Part shown: piece by piece, positions 63,552 through 64,000 of the stretch | Position numbering within the stretch: the stretch's first letter is position 1 | Layout of the letters: each line of letters begins with the position of its first letter | DNA from: an uncultured Bacteroidales bacterium | Lineage (GTDB): Bacteria; Bacteroidota; Bacteroidia; Bacteroidales; FEN-979 | NCBI GenBank assembly: GCA_903837605.1 | Contig: CAILVF010000041.1 | Location: 11,524 to 75,523, forward strand | Reading direction: 5' to 3' | DNA: 64,000 bases | Program-made: the position numbers and the translations under genes | Notes under the pieces: generated by a model | The model's input: only the letters and a program-made list of their open reading frames with translations | The model's database searches: none | What the model was told of the DNA's origin: nothing

Positions 63552-64000
63552 TCAGTTGTTCAAATTCATTTCAAAAACGATTTCCCAGGCATTCCTGTTA
63601 TAGTAAAAATCGGAAGGCCTGACGATTTTTCCTTCGCACAAATGTATGAATTCATGAGGTTCATGATGATTGCTGCTGTTCCAGCCGCAAGTCCTTGCGT
63701 ATGCCTTGAGTACCAGTTCAGAGCAATATAAGGTATCGTCGGAGTTATTGAAATCAAAGCTGTAGGGGACACCCACTCTTTCGGATGCATGCATGCAGGC
63801 TTTTTCCATTTCACTTATCCCGCAGAATCTTGGTTTAAGAACAACAAAATCATCAGTCTTCAGAAAGTACTCCTCAAGCTCATTAATGATAACGCCATTG
63901 GTAGTTGCCTGGATGACTTTACCCCAGGGCATGATCATGGCGGTATGGGTCCAGTAGCCATAAATGAAGTAATTTGAGATCTGGAATTCCCTGCGGGAAA
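63552..64000 (-). CDS. YiiX-family permuted papain/NlpC-P60-like protein (5' end beyond the window)
   Basis: The reading frame stays open upstream of the annotated Met through ...YFIYGYWTHTAMIM to the window edge. His context (WTHTAM) and Cys context (GVPYSFDFNNSDDTLYCSELVLKAY) match the YiiX order. Confidence 0.6.
   Translation of the reverse strand, partial: SRREFQISNYFIYGYWTHTAMIMPWGKVIQATTNGVIINELEEYFLKTDDFVVLKPRFCGISEMEKACMHASERVGVPYSFDFNNSDDTLYCSELVLKAYARTCGWNSSNHHEPHEFIHLCEGKIVRPSDFYYNRNAWEIVFEMNLNN

Noticed and set aside
1-64000. Search by eye for rRNA, tRNA, CRISPR arrays, transposases, integrases, prophage or toxin-antitoxin genes
   Set aside because: No regularly spaced repeats, no cloverleaf-like GC-rich 75-nt islands in the intergenic regions inspected, and no recombinase or transposase motifs in any ORF. 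Absence is based on visual inspection only.

Overview
The window looks like a chromosomal segment from a Bacteroidota-type genome. Evidence: five proteins carry T9SS C-terminal sorting (CTD-type) domains, many genes have TAnnTTTG -7 promoter boxes 15-40 nt upstream of the start codon, Shine-Dalgarno sequences are almost absent, and there are two propeller/Y_Y_Y hybrid sensor kinases, a FISUMP-domain protein and LruC-domain lipoproteins. About 44 protein genes are called. I recognised no rRNA, tRNA, CRISPR array, transposase or integrase.

Content, 5' to 3':
- M28 peptidase, then an MmsA-type semialdehyde dehydrogenase and a class-III aminotransferase (omega-amino-acid catabolic pair).
- YdcF, TspO, and an Rrf2 / SAM-methyltransferase / DoxX operon.
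- A biodegradative Orn/Lys/Arg decarboxylase with a GadC-like antiporter, facing a divergent membrane-protein/porin pair.
- A hybrid kinase with HPt domain plus an orphan receiver gene.
- A GH15 enzyme with a decayed GH3 leader.
- T9SS cargo proteins, a decayed PAS-domain fragment, and an ABC-2 transporter.
- A two-component system followed by an RND efflux operon.
- CNNM and MscS channel genes and a BNR double-propeller protein.
- OmpA and START proteins, two LruC-domain lipoprotein paralogs flanking an ABC-F ATPase, a diheme cytochrome c, and a second hybrid kinase.

The most unusual feature is a single 1812-aa ORF (32314..37752, minus strand). It joins a complete 12-TM RND pump, a signal-peptide-like 13th hydrophobic segment that begins at an in-frame ATG, a ~300-aa periplasmic-binding-like domain, and a TolC-type outer-membrane factor.

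All family assignments come from motif recognition by eye. No database search was run.
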